A stretch of DNA of 64,000 bases from Limisphaerales bacterium (GTDB lineage Bacteria > Verrucomicrobiota > Verrucomicrobiia > Limisphaerales > UBA11358), in contig JANYCI010000013.1 in NCBI GenBank assembly GCA_025360325.1, positions 13,544 to 77,543 on the forward strand, given 5' to 3'. The notes beneath the pieces were generated by a model that searched no databases, was not told the DNA's origin, and was given only the letters and a program-made list of their open reading frames with translations. Below, piece by piece: positions 25,723 to 35,589 of this stretch (position 1 is the stretch's first letter; every line of letters starts with the position of its first letter). The position numbers were made by a program, and so were the translations under genes.

Positions 25723-27210
25723 GTGACTCCGTCGTGGACGCCCGGTGATGCCGGTCTGCAACTGCTCGGCTCGCCGTTTACCCTTACCACATCCACCGGC
25801 CCGGCGGACACCTATCACGAATTCAAAGTCACGGGTGCCACCTGGAGCGATCCCAACTATCCCGGCGTCAACAACGCCAAAATCAAAAGCAACGCAAACG
25901 GTTCCAACACATTTTATTTTTATCCCGGCGTCAATGCAGACGGCTGGAGCCCGTTGAACAACCGCGTGGGCTATGCCGACCCGGGCAACATGAGCTTTGA
26001 GATCATCGGCGGGTTCGCCGGCTGGAGCGCGGCAACGAACTTGAATCCAATCGGCAACGGAGTTTTCTCCAACAGCATCACCGGCATCGCGCCCGGCTCC
26101 TACGGCTTCAAGTTCCGCACGCCTGGCACCTGGGGCGAAGTAGCGTTTGGCGCAGACTTTCAAAATTTCGGCGCGGACGGCAGCTTCACCGTTTCCAGCA
26201 ATACGCAGGTGCTGCCCGTGGTGCTGGATCTGCCGAAAGGCCGCTGGCTCATTGGCACGCTGGCCCCGGCACCGGTGACCAATCATGTGGTGTTTGCGGT
26301 GGACATGACTTACCAGATTCAACTCAATTTATTTACCCCCGGCTCCTCGGTATTCGTTGCGGGCGCGTTCAACGGCTGGCCCGGAACCGGCCCCGCCGCG
26401 CTCGCGCTGACCAACTTTCCCGCCTACAACGGCGGCAGCAACACAAACATTTACTACGGCACGAACCTATTCGTCGGCGCACCCGGCGCGGTGGTGACGG
26501 CATTCAAATACACCCAGAACGATGTGAACGCGCAAAACGGCGGCTACGAAACTTCCAATGACCGTTCGTTGACGCTGACAGCGGCCAACGGCGCGGTGCT
26601 AAAGCTGCCCGTGGGTGTGTTCAGCGACCTTTATTCGATTGATGTTTTGAACGTGGACACCACGGTGACATTCCGTGTGAGCATGACCAACGCGGTGGGC
26701 ACAGACGCCCATGTGTTTGACTCGGCCAATGACTTGGTCAATATCAACGGTGATTTCATTCCTTGGGTCTCATGGGATCCGATTTCATTGAACAACTATC
26801 TGTTGGCAAATAACCCGCCGGGCACCTTGGTCTATACGTTCACCAAGACGTTTCTGGCCGGTCAGCCGCGCATCGTCACCTACAAATATGCAATCAATGG
26901 TCTGGATAACGAAGCTGGGTTTGCTCAAGACCATAAGCGCTACATCCGCAGCACCACCGGCACCTACATTTTGCCGCTGGACACGTTCGGCACCCAGACG
27001 GTGGAGCCGAAATTTGGCAACCTCGTCATCGCCAAGCCGACCGGCGGCGTATTGCCGGTGACGTGGACTGGCTATCCGGGCGTAAGCCTCCAGACCAGCA
27101 CGAGCCTCACCGGTTCGTGGAGCACCGTGGGAAACACCGACGGGCAGAGCAGCACCAACTGGCCCGCCACCGGCAACGGCAACCGTTACTTCCGCCTGAT
27201 TCAGCCGTGA
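25723..27210 (+). CDS. multi-domain carbohydrate-binding (starch-binding CBM-like) secreted protein; N-terminus apparently frameshifted
   Basis: Repeated beta-sandwich modules, e.g. [24 protein letters not shown]...KYTQND...[11 protein letters not shown] (CBM20-like by eye; the family call is tentative). A signal peptide MNKKQILLGLGAMLAAALTASAQ starts at 25629 but in a different frame. Confidence 0.75.
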   Translation: MTPSWTPGDAGLQLLGSPFTLTTSTGPADTYHEFKVTGATWSDPNYPGVNNAKIKSNANGSNTFYFYPGVNADGWSPLNNRVGYADPGNMSFEIIGGFAGWSAATNLNPIGNGVFSNSITGIAPGSYGFKFRTPGTWGEVAFGADFQNFGADGSFTVSSNTQVLPVVLDLPKGRWLIGTLAPAPVTNHVVFAVDMTYQIQLNLFTPGSSVFVAGAFNGWPGTGPAALALTNFPAYNGGSNTNIYYGTNLFVGAPGAVVTAFKYTQNDVNAQNGGYETSNDRSLTLTAANGAVLKLPVGVFSDLYSIDVLNVDTTVTFRVSMTNAVGTDAHVFDSANDLVNINGDFIPWVSWDPISLNNYLLANNPPGTLVYTFTKTFLAGQPRIVTYKYAINGLDNEAGFAQDHKRYIRSTTGTYILPLDTFGTQTVEPKFGNLVIAKPTGGVLPVTWTGYPGVSLQTSTSLTGSWSTVGNTDGQSSTNWPATGNGNRYFRLIQP

Positions 27211-27217
27211 TTCCAAC

Positions 27218-27251
27218 AGCCGGGCGGATGAGTGAAATCATCCGCCCGGCT
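27218..27251 (+). other. perfect 14-bp stem-loop between the CBM gene and the pseudopilin gene (possible attenuator/terminator)
   Basis: agccgggcggatga-gtgaaa-tcatccgcccggct, 8 nt after the stop at 27210. No T-run follows. Confidence 0.6.
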
Positions 27252-27263
27252 CCCAGCAAACGT

Positions 27264-28181
27264 ATGAACATTGCAGTCCACCCCCATAAAAACCGGCCGG
27301 CGGGTTTTACCCTCATTGAGCTGTTGGTAGTCATCGCCATCATCGCGATTCTGGCGGCGATGCTGTTGCCGGCACTGTCCAAGGCCAAAGAGCGGGCGCA
27401 GTTAATTTCATGCTTGAGCAACTACAAGCAATTGGGGCTGGCTTGGATCATGTATTCGGGCGACAACAATGAAAAGCTCGTCACCAATTCCGACCGCAAC
27501 GTGGGTGGTAACAAGGTGAACTGGATTTGTCCCTACGGCGTGACTATGGACGGAACCGCCAATATCAAGAATACTGAAACCCTCTACCTCACCGTGGATC
27601 AGCCGGTTCTGGGAACTGCTCTCATGGGTCAATACGTCGCCAAGTCGCTCAAAATTTTTGTCTGCCCTTCCGACCATTTCTTGAGCGCGAATCAAAGCGG
27701 CTTTGCCAACCGCATCCGCAGTTGCGCGATGAACGGAGCGATGGGCGATGGCGAAAAATGGTTCGGCCTCAAGGCCGACGGCTCGCCCAACGGTGGCCGC
27801 AGCCAGATGCCCACTTTTTTCAGCGCCAAAAAAAGCGGCGACCTGCACACGCCCGGCCCCAGTGATTGCTGGGTCATCACCGACGAGCACCCGAATAGCA
27901 ACGATGATGCGAGCCTCTACGTTGACCCTGCCGCGTCCAACGGGAACGGCACCACCTTCACCGAGCTTCCCGGCAGTATGCACGCCAGTTCCGCCGCGCT
28001 GGTGTTTGCCGATGGCCACTCGGAAACCAAGCGCTGGAAGGGTGCCGTCACGCTGACAAAATTTAACCCCAGCCTCACCGGTTGGATTAGTGGTTCAAGC
28101 TGGCTGTCAGGGATCAGCGGCTTGGATGCCGACAGTAAAAAAGACTTGCAGTGGCTGGCGGAACACACGCCAAAAAATTAA
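27264..28181 (+). CDS. prepilin-type N-terminal cleavage/methylation domain protein, H-X9-DG family (DUF1559-like pseudopilin)
   Basis: [29 protein letters not shown], and near the C-terminus [12 protein letters not shown] (exactly H-X9-DG). The ORF-track start at 27063 overlaps the upstream gene, so ATG 27264 is preferred. Confidence 0.88.
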   Translation: MNIAVHPHKNRPAGFTLIELLVVIAIIAILAAMLLPALSKAKERAQLISCLSNYKQLGLAWIMYSGDNNEKLVTNSDRNVGGNKVNWICPYGVTMDGTANIKNTETLYLTVDQPVLGTALMGQYVAKSLKIFVCPSDHFLSANQSGFANRIRSCAMNGAMGDGEKWFGLKADGSPNGGRSQMPTFFSAKKSGDLHTPGPSDCWVITDEHPNSNDDASLYVDPAASNGNGTTFTELPGSMHASSAALVFADGHSETKRWKGAVTLTKFNPSLTGWISGSSWLSGISGLDADSKKDLQWLAEHTPKN

Positions 28182-28233
28182 AACACATTTTCGTGCGGTT
28201 GCGTTCACCGCGTGAATCGGGCATTTATTTTCC

Positions 28234-29616
28234 ATGAAATTTTCCGTCTCCTCCGGGCTGGTTCTGCTGCTTTCCATCACGGCTATTTTTCTTCCCACTG
28301 GTCTGCGGGCAGATTCGGATGCCGGTCACGCCCCCGCCCGCCCTTCCCCCGACTGGTTGCGCTCGGCTACGGTTTATGAAGTTTTTCCGCGCCACTTCTC
28401 ACCCGCCGGAAATCTCGTGGGCGTCACCGCGAAACTCGATGAGTTGAAAGAACTCGGCGTAACCGTGCTGTGGATGATGCCCATCCATCCCATCGGCGAG
28501 AAATTCCGCAAAGGCGATTTTGGCAGCCCCTATTCCATCAAGGATTATTACGCGATTGATCCGAACTACGGCACGCTCGACGATTTCAAAAAACTCGTGG
28601 ACGGCGCACATCAGCGCGGCATGAAAGTCATCATGGACATCGTGGCCAACCACACCGCGTGGGACAGCGTGATGATGACAAACAAAGATTTTTACAAACA
28701 GGACGCGCCCGGCCACGTCATCCCGCCCGTGCCGGATTGGACGGATGTTGCCGGCCTGAATTACACCAACGCCGCACTCCGCGAATACATGATTACCATG
28801 CTCAAATACTGGATCACGACGTGTGACGTGGACGGTTTCCGTTGCGACGTGGCCCACATGGTGCCGGTGGATTTTTGGGAACAAGTTCGCGACGCCCTCA
28901 TCCAAGTCAAACCCGACATCATGATGCTTGCCGAAGCCAGCAAGCCCGAATTGCTCACCAAGGCGTTTGACGTGGACTATTCTTGGCCGTTGCTCGCCAC
29001 CTTGAACGACGTGATGCTCCGCAACGCACCCGCCGTAAAAATCCGCCAGTCGTGGGAAGAAAGTTTGCAGCAGTTTCCGCAAGGCGCGCTGCACTTGCGA
29101 ATTTCCGACGACCACGACGAGGCTCGCGCCGTCGCTCGTTACGGCATCAACGGCGCGCTCGCCGCATCCGCATTGATGTTCATGCTCGACGGTGTTCCCC
29201 TGCTCTACAACGGCATGGAAGTCGGCGACGCCACCGAGTCCGGCGATCCCGCACTCTTTGATAAGCTCACCATTTGCTGGCATCCCAAGGACCGTCCCGA
29301 ACTTCGCAAAACTTACCAGCAGCTTATCCAATTGCGGAAAGACCACGCCGCCCTTCGCAGCGACCGCGTGACGTGGCTGGAAAATTCCGACGCGGATAAA
29401 ATCATTTCCTTCACGCGCACGGACGGCCATGAAGAATTTCTCGTGATGATCAATTTTTGCAACCGGCCCGTGAGCGGCTCGGTGAAGCTACTTAATGTGG
29501 CATCGTTTAAGCCTGTGAACATTTGCGGTGTCAATGACACCGCAACAGGAGACTTGCCGCGTTTCCAATTGAACGGTTTCGGCTGGCGCATCTATCACCG
29601 CGCAATTTCAAAATAA
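28234..29616 (+). CDS. GH13 alpha-amylase-family enzyme (secreted)
   Basis: VYEVFPRHFS, GVTVLWMMPIHP, DIVANHTAWDS, VDGFRCDVAHMVP, MMLAEA, plus a signal peptide. Confidence 0.9.
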   Translation: MKFSVSSGLVLLLSITAIFLPTGLRADSDAGHAPARPSPDWLRSATVYEVFPRHFSPAGNLVGVTAKLDELKELGVTVLWMMPIHPIGEKFRKGDFGSPYSIKDYYAIDPNYGTLDDFKKLVDGAHQRGMKVIMDIVANHTAWDSVMMTNKDFYKQDAPGHVIPPVPDWTDVAGLNYTNAALREYMITMLKYWITTCDVDGFRCDVAHMVPVDFWEQVRDALIQVKPDIMMLAEASKPELLTKAFDVDYSWPLLATLNDVMLRNAPAVKIRQSWEESLQQFPQGALHLRISDDHDEARAVARYGINGALAASALMFMLDGVPLLYNGMEVGDATESGDPALFDKLTICWHPKDRPELRKTYQQLIQLRKDHAALRSDRVTWLENSDADKIISFTRTDGHEEFLVMINFCNRPVSGSVKLLNVASFKPVNICGVNDTATGDLPRFQLNGFGWRIYHRAISK

Positions 29617-29629
29617 AAAACGTTTCCGT

Positions 29630-29827
29630 TCATTTGAATTTAATCTTGTTCGGCAGAAACAGAAGGCCGATGCCGCCAATAATCAACATCAGTCCCACCG
29701 GGCCGAGCTTGACCCACGGGATGCTGTTCACCGGCTTGCGTTGTGACCACAATGCGGTGACGGTCAGAAACAATCCCAGCGGAACCATCACGAATCCCAA
29801 CACGCGATACCACTTATTCTTTGTCAC
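29630..29827 (-). CDS. small two-TM membrane protein (hypothetical)
   Basis: 65 aa with two hydrophobic spans (VLGFVMVPLGLFLTVTALW and LGPVGLMLIIGGIGLLFL). It lies 15 nt downstream of lepA on the same strand. Confidence 0.55.
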   Translation of the reverse strand: MTKNKWYRVLGFVMVPLGLFLTVTALWSQRKPVNSIPWVKLGPVGLMLIIGGIGLLFLPNKIKFK

Positions 29828-29842
29828 GTTGATAAATTGGGT

Positions 29843-31633
29843 TCACGCCTTCAACACTTCAATGAACGCCTCTTGCGGGATGTTCACGTTGCCGATGGAT
29901 TTCATCCGCTTCTTGCCTTCCTTCTGCTTCTCCAACAGTTTGCGTTTGCGCGACACGTCGCCGCCGTAGCATTTCGCCGTCACATCTTTACGGAAGGCGG
30001 TGATGACTTCGGACGCCACAATTTTTCCGCCGATGGCCGCTTGAATCTTGATCTGAAATTGTTGGCGCGGGATGACTTCTTTTAATTTCTCCGCCAGCGA
30101 GCGTCCGCGCCCTTCGGCTTTCGTGCGATGCACGATGCACGAGAACGCATCCATCGCCTCGGTGTTCACGAGCAGATCGAGCTTCACCATGTCGCTCTCG
30201 CGATAATCCGCCGGTTCATAATCCATGCTGCCGAATCCGCGCGTGATGCTTTTGATGCGGTCGTGAAAATCAATCAGGATTTCATTCAATGGAATCAGGC
30301 TCGTGAGCATGACGCGCCGTTGATCGAGCGTCTCGGTGTGATCCACATTGCCCCGCTTGTCCGAAATCAGCGCCATCATGTCGCCGATGTTTTCGTTCGG
30401 ACAAATCACGAACGCCGTCACCATCGGCTCCTCAATCTTTTGGATGTAAGTCACGTCCGGCATGAACGCGGGGTTATCCACTTCCTTCACCTTGCCGTCA
30501 TTCATCGTGACTCTATAGACCACGCTCGGATACGTCGCGATGATGTCCATGTCGTATTCACGACGCAGCCGTTCCTGCACGATTTCCAAATGCAACAAGC
30601 CCAGGAAGCCGCAGCGAAAGCCGAAGCCCAACGCGACGGACGTTTCCGAGGAATAGGCGAACGCCGAGTCATTCAATTTCAATTTCCCCATCGCCTGTTT
30701 CAACTGCTCATAATCCGCCGTGTTGATCGGGTAAATACCACTGAACACCATCGGATGAATCTCTTTGAAGCCCGGCAACACCGACGAAGGATTCCGCGCG
30801 TCCGTGATCGTGTCGCCCATCTTCACGTCCGCCGCGCTCTTGATGTTCGCCGTCATGTAGCCTGTCTCGCCGACTTCGAGCTTCTCGCGGATATACGGCT
30901 TGGGATTAAAGCTGCCCACTTCCTTCACCTCGACGTTCCGGCCAGAGTGCAACAACTTCACCATCATGCCCGGCTTGATCTCGCCGTTGAACACGCGGAC
31001 GTGCGTCACGACGCCCTTGTAAGTATCGAAATACGAATCGAACGCCAGCGCCTGCAAACTCGGTTCGCCCGTCGGCTTCGGCGCTGGCACGCGTTCAACG
31101 ATGGCTTCGAGAATGTCCTGAATACCGATGCCTTGTTTCGCGCTGCACGGAATCGCCCATTCGCTGGGAATGGCCAGCACATCTTCGAGCTGCCGTTTCG
31201 CCTGCGGCACATCCGCGTGACCGAGGTCAATCTTGTTGATGACCGGAATGATCGTGAGATTCAACTTCGCTGCGAGATGATAATTCGCCACCGTCTGCGC
31301 CTCGACGCCTTGCGCGGCGTCAATGACGAGCAACGCACCTTCGCACGCGCTCAAACTGCGCGACACTTCATACGCAAAATCCACATGGCCGGGCGTATCA
31401 ATCAAGTTCAGCTCATACGTCTCGCCGTTCTTCGCCTTGTAAAGCATCGTCACCGGATGCGCCTTGATCGTGATGCCGCGCTCCTTCTCCAGATCCATCG
31501 CGTCGAGCAACTGCTCCGACATATCGCGTGTGGCGACAGTGCCGGTCATGTGGAGGAGACGGTCGGAAAGCGTCGTCTTGCCGTGGTCAATGTGGGCAAT
31601 GATGCTGAAATTTCGTATGTGTGCGGCGTCCAT
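29843..31633 (-). CDS. lepA: translation elongation factor 4
   Basis: IRNFSIIAHIDHGKTTLSDRLL, DTPGHVDF, and the LepA C-terminal domain ...RKRKLLEKQKEGKKRMK. Confidence 0.97.
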   Translation of the reverse strand: MDAAHIRNFSIIAHIDHGKTTLSDRLLHMTGTVATRDMSEQLLDAMDLEKERGITIKAHPVTMLYKAKNGETYELNLIDTPGHVDFAYEVSRSLSACEGALLVIDAAQGVEAQTVANYHLAAKLNLTIIPVINKIDLGHADVPQAKRQLEDVLAIPSEWAIPCSAKQGIGIQDILEAIVERVPAPKPTGEPSLQALAFDSYFDTYKGVVTHVRVFNGEIKPGMMVKLLHSGRNVEVKEVGSFNPKPYIREKLEVGETGYMTANIKSAADVKMGDTITDARNPSSVLPGFKEIHPMVFSGIYPINTADYEQLKQAMGKLKLNDSAFAYSSETSVALGFGFRCGFLGLLHLEIVQERLRREYDMDIIATYPSVVYRVTMNDGKVKEVDNPAFMPDVTYIQKIEEPMVTAFVICPNENIGDMMALISDKRGNVDHTETLDQRRVMLTSLIPLNEILIDFHDRIKSITRGFGSMDYEPADYRESDMVKLDLLVNTEAMDAFSCIVHRTKAEGRGRSLAEKLKEVIPRQQFQIKIQAAIGGKIVASEVITAFRKDVTAKCYGGDVSRKRKLLEKQKEGKKRMKSIGNVNIPQEAFIEVLKA

Positions 31634-31729
31634 TATGTCTCTAGTTTAGAGCACGACAGCATAACTGGAAAACACTTGATGAAAAGGAAATTTGACTGTC
31701 CTGTGCCAGCGGGGGCTGTCCGCAAAAAC

Positions 31730-32092
31730 TCATTGGTCTGACCACACGCCGAGTTCATTGCCCGATGGATCAACGTAATGAAAACGTCGTCCGCCGGGGA
31801 ACGGGAAAATATCCCGTGAGATTTTGCCGCCAGCTTTGAGGATGCGTTCCCGCACGGCTTCCAGATTTGAGGAAAACAAAACGACCAAAGGTTTGGCGGT
31901 CTGATGTTCGCCAGCGCCATTGAGGCCGGAACTGATGCCGCTGCTCTGGGTGTCGGAATAATCATCGCCCCAAGCTTGATACTTCCAGCCAAAGACGTCG
32001 CCGTAAAATTGTTTGGTGGCGAGATGAGCTTTGTTTGAGGCGGTGGGAAACTCGATGTAATCAATCCGATTTTCGCGCGATTCGTTTTTCAT
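31730..32092 (-). CDS. VOC (glyoxalase/bleomycin-resistance fold) family protein
   Basis: 120 aa; IDYIEFP...FYGDVFGW...GGRRFHYVDPSGNELGVWS is a typical VOC pattern. Confidence 0.75.
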   Translation of the reverse strand: MKNESRENRIDYIEFPTASNKAHLATKQFYGDVFGWKYQAWGDDYSDTQSSGISSGLNGAGEHQTAKPLVVLFSSNLEAVRERILKAGGKISRDIFPFPGGRRFHYVDPSGNELGVWSDQ

Positions 32093-32095
32093 AGT

Positions 32096-32485
32096 TTATT
32101 TTTTACCCGACGGCTGGTTGCCGGTCAGGAAACCGGCCTGCTTGAAAGCGGCGAATCCTCGCGCAGTCACCTGCTCCAGTTCCTGGAACAGCTTTTCATC
32201 AGCGGTCTTGAAATTGAAGCAGGACTTGCCCTGCATCCGCGCTTTCAGTTCTGCCGACATTTCATCGCGCAATTTCGGAAACGCATAGACGCCCATGTGA
32301 TGAAAGCTGACGTAGTTTTTGCCGATCTCGACCCACGCGACGGGCATGGCGGTTTTGTGCGTGGGATGCACGCCACCGGTCAGGCAATAACGCGCGGGCG
32401 TGTCCTGCGTCACGGCGAGCGTTTTGGCATACGGCACCAGAATTTGCCGCAGCCTCGCAAAGAGGGTTGGGAATTCAGCGGACAT
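32096..32485 (-). CDS. DUF1801 (YdhG-like) domain protein
   Basis: 129 aa; ...KNYVSFHHMGVY...KSCFNFK... is a DUF1801-like pattern, recognised by memory only. Confidence 0.6.
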   Translation of the reverse strand: MSAEFPTLFARLRQILVPYAKTLAVTQDTPARYCLTGGVHPTHKTAMPVAWVEIGKNYVSFHHMGVYAFPKLRDEMSAELKARMQGKSCFNFKTADEKLFQELEQVTARGFAAFKQAGFLTGNQPSGKK

Positions 32486-32553
32486 GATTGAAACAGTAAA
32501 ACTGAAATCCGTCGGACGGGAAGAAAATTAACCAACTGGGAAAATAATAAAAA

Positions 32554-32628
32554 TGGTGCGCGCTGCAGGTTTCGAACCTGCGACCCCTACCGTGTGAAGG
32601 TAATGCTCTACCACTGAGCTAAGCACGC
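32554..32628 (-). tRNA. tRNA-Val (anticodon CAC), CCA encoded
   Basis: Reverse complement GCGTGCTTAGCTCAGTGGTAGAGCATTACCTTCACACGGTAGGGGTCGCAGGTTCGAAACCTGCAGCGCGCACCA. I folded the cloverleaf by hand: 7-bp acceptor, D GCTC/GAGC, anticodon stem TTACC/GGTAG with loop TTCACAC, T-arm GCAGG-TTCGAAA-CCTGC. Confidence 0.95.
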
Positions 32629-32732
32629 AAAAAACTAATAAATACCGATTCAAAACTCGAACTTGATTCGAGCAGAAAAGCCGACTCGTCACCCAAACTT
32701 GTCACCCTATCCAAATTGTGCTGCTTTTTGCC

Positions 32733-32990
32733 ATGAAAACGACCGCGCAAAACAGCTTGAAACCGGCTAAACAACCGGTTTTTCACAAAGTGGCAGAGAA
32801 CCTATATCGGCTTGAATCATCGGGCGGCCATTATGCCCTCATTAAGAAAGGCGGCAAGCAATTTCGGCGCGCATTGAAAACCAAGGATCGGAAACTGGCC
32901 GAGTGCCGACTTAAAGAATTGAAGGGGCAGATTAGAAGTTTACCCCTGTCCGAAGATGCTAGGCTGGGTTTTGAGGCCGTGGCGAATCGC
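32733..32990 (+). pseudogene. tyrosine integrase, N-terminal fragment only (~86 aa)
   Basis: MKTTAQNSLKPAKQPVFHKVAENLYRLESSGGHYALIKKGGKQFRRALKTKDRKLAECRLKELKGQI... is a typical phage-integrase N-terminal arm/SAM-like region. The reading frame runs into antisense transposase sequence at ~32990. There is no catalytic domain. Confidence 0.7.
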
Positions 32991-33373
32991 TGGCTGTCGA
33001 GAATGGCAGCCGTGGGCCGTGCGTGTTTGTCCTCAGTTCTGCGGACGAGCGTGCGCAACGCGTCGTTGAGGGCGGCCCACAGGTGATTGAGCGTCCATTG
33101 CCGGAAGCTATGATAGACGGTTTGCCACGGCGGAAAGTCGCTCGGCTGATAACGCCACGGGCAGCCACACTTGACGACATACAAGATGGCATCGAGGATT
33201 CTCCGCCGATCCGTGGGTGGGCGTCCGCGTGAGGCAGGTTTGGGCAACATGGGTTCGAGGTAAGTCCATTGGGCGTCCGTGCGACTGGTGTCATAGATGG
33301 CGTTTTTCACGCCCCAACGGAAGCTGTGCTTAAAGTGAGCCGCCTCAACCCAAGGCCGATGCCAACGCATCAT
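32990..33373 (-). mobile_element. IS5-family transposase fragment (N-terminal DUF4096-type part only)
   Basis: DAQWTYLEPMLPKPASRGRPPTDRRRILDAILYVVKCGCPWRYQPSDFPPWQTVYHSFRQWTLNHLW...AAILDSQ, then homology stops. The DDE catalytic part is missing. Confidence 0.8.
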
Positions 33374-33577
33374 TGCACAATTTTCCCACTCACCAGCAAA
33401 CCGACAACTCAAACCTCAACCCGCAATCCAAACTTTTTGATGATTCAGACAGCCACTTAGATTTGAGCAGCACCCCAGAAAGAAACCCAACACCAGAGTA
33501 GCTTGCTGGATTTTACATAGTTTTATTCAAATGAGAAATGAGGGTTTCATTCCCGTTCAATAACAGCGATTGGAGCT

Positions 33578-34447
33578 TTATCTTATTATTTGGTTTTCCT
33601 CAAATTCAAGCGGCATTTTCGTGATGGACTGGATTTCCACGTTGCGAAAAAAACATTCGCCGCCTTCCGTTTGAAGACAGATTTTTCCGGAAGTGATCGC
33701 TGCCGGTGCGTCGCCATCGAGCCGCTGCGCGTGGTGCAGGCGCATAACGACCTGGCCGTTGACGACGTGGATGCTGTCGCCATTGAAGGTCATCAGGTCG
33801 AGCGTGTTCCATTCGCCCTTTGGCTTTTCGGCATCCACGCTGTGCGCGCAGTGATTGCCAATCGGTTTTTTCTGGAGAAAAAATGTGTTCGTGCCGGCGG
33901 GATCGTAGCGCCACAATTTTCCGTCCAATCGAGCGGGGACGGTGATTTGCGAGGCGAGCGCATAGAGGTCGCCGAACTCGTTCTGGCAGATTTGAAATTC
34001 AAACGAACGCGGCCACGTCTTGTCGGCCAGACCGGCATCGCTGTGGCAGAAATAAAGCAGGCCGGTGTCGAAGGGCTTGTTCGTTTTTTTGCTCCACTTC
34101 AAGTCGCCCCACTTGACTTGCAATCGCAGATGAATGTTGGTGAACGTCGCCGTGGTCATCATCATGCCAAAGCCCTGGCCGGAAATGTGGATCGTCGGCA
34201 CGCCGTCGAGGTTGGTCACGGTGAAGACGTGGAGCGGGTCGCGGTTTTTGCCGAGGGCTTCGAGATAGACGCCGTTCGTGCCGCGTGCGAGTCCCGGCAC
34301 GTCCCACGCGGGGTCGGGCAGATTCATCATTTCGGTGTCCCAACCAGCGAGGTCTTTGCCGTTGAACAATGCCTGCCATTCGGTGTCGGCGGCTAGGGCA
34401 ATGTCCGCCACAAACAATCCAGTGATCAGAAAAACGATGAGGCGCAT
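33578..34447 (-). CDS. DUF1080 (3-keto-disaccharide hydrolase-like) secreted protein
   Basis: WQALFNGKDLAGW..., KPKGEWNTLDLMTFNGDSIHVVNGQVV, ICLQTEGGECFFRNVEI. Signal peptide from MRLIVFLITG. Confidence 0.75.
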   Translation of the reverse strand: MRLIVFLITGLFVADIALAADTEWQALFNGKDLAGWDTEMMNLPDPAWDVPGLARGTNGVYLEALGKNRDPLHVFTVTNLDGVPTIHISGQGFGMMMTTATFTNIHLRLQVKWGDLKWSKKTNKPFDTGLLYFCHSDAGLADKTWPRSFEFQICQNEFGDLYALASQITVPARLDGKLWRYDPAGTNTFFLQKKPIGNHCAHSVDAEKPKGEWNTLDLMTFNGDSIHVVNGQVVMRLHHAQRLDGDAPAAITSGKICLQTEGGECFFRNVEIQSITKMPLEFEENQIIR

Positions 34448-34607
34448 GACGGATAAAAATGGAGGTCGCATTGATTAAACCAGATTCGCGCCACCGACAC
34501 ATCAGATGTTCGTCTGATGGCGGGCAAAGCTATTTAGTTTTTAATGTCACGAACGCCCAACTATCAAGACTTGTTTCGCTAACGCCGTCGTTGAAAAATC
34601 CCCCCCT

Positions 34608-35432
34608 ATGACCATCCGCCGATTCATTATTCTATGCGTGGCTACGCTGACCGCCGTAAAAATTTTCGCCCAGCAAAACCTCGGCTACACCAACACGCCG
34701 ATGATTCCCGACACGCCGTGGCACGTCCACGACGGCACGCGCCCGCAACCGCGCATCGTCACGCCGGGCGCGACGTTCAGCCTGCTCGCGCTCGCACCGT
34801 CGGATGCGACCGTTCTTTTTGACGGCAAAGATTTGTCGCAATGGCAGAGCAGCAGCAACGGTCCGGCGAAATGGAAAATTAAAAACGAATTTCTTGAAGT
34901 CGTGCCTTACGCGGGCGGCATCCGCACGACGAACAAGTTTGCCGATTTCCAACTGCATCTCGAATTCGCCGAACCCGCCGAGGTGAAAGGCAGCGGACAG
35001 GGACGCGGCAACAGCGGCGTGCTGATCAACGGAATATACGAAGTGCAGATTTTGGATTCTTACCACAATCCCACCTATCCCGACGGACAGGCCGGCGCGC
35101 TTTACGGCCAGTCACCGCCGCTCGTCAACGCCAGCAAGCCGCCCGGCGAGTGGCAGAGCTACGACCTCATTTTTGAATCGCCGCGATGGGACGTGAACAC
35201 CAACCTTGTTAAAAAAGCGAGCGTGACCGTCATCCACAATGGCATCGCAGTGCAAAACCGGCGCAAATTTTTCGGATCGACCGACGGCATTGGCGGCGTG
35301 CCGCACAAATCGCTCGGCGCGTATCTCAAGCCGCATCCGCCGGAAGTGTTCATCGAATTGCAGGATCACCACAATCCAGTTCGCTTCCGAAATATTTGGA
35401 TTCGTGCGCTCGGTGAATACGACCAGACCTAA
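34608..35432 (+). CDS. DUF1080 (3-keto-disaccharide hydrolase-like) secreted protein
   Basis: LFDGKDLSQWQ, FADFQLHLEF, GNSGVLINGIYEVQILDS, GALYGQSPP, KPPGEWQSYDLIF, VRFRNIWIR. Confidence 0.8.
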   Translation: MTIRRFIILCVATLTAVKIFAQQNLGYTNTPMIPDTPWHVHDGTRPQPRIVTPGATFSLLALAPSDATVLFDGKDLSQWQSSSNGPAKWKIKNEFLEVVPYAGGIRTTNKFADFQLHLEFAEPAEVKGSGQGRGNSGVLINGIYEVQILDSYHNPTYPDGQAGALYGQSPPLVNASKPPGEWQSYDLIFESPRWDVNTNLVKKASVTVIHNGIAVQNRRKFFGSTDGIGGVPHKSLGAYLKPHPPEVFIELQDHHNPVRFRNIWIRALGEYDQT

Positions 35433-35589
35433 ACTTTTTTGTGAAGCTAAATAAAAAGTTTGCGAAATCAACTGAGGTAATCAGACGAACATCTGGTGCA
35501 TTTTCGAGGTCGCTATGATTTAATATCGGCACGACCCCATGTGCATCCAAATTAATGGACAAAAGATTTGTTCGCGCTTCGCCGCGAAG

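Noticed and set aside
30128-31741. 537-aa plus-strand ORF across the lepA region
   Set aside because: It is exactly antisense to the unmistakable LepA/EF4 gene. Its Arg/His/Ala-rich low-complexity translation is typical of shadow ORFs in GC-rich DNA, and I recognise no motifs in it.
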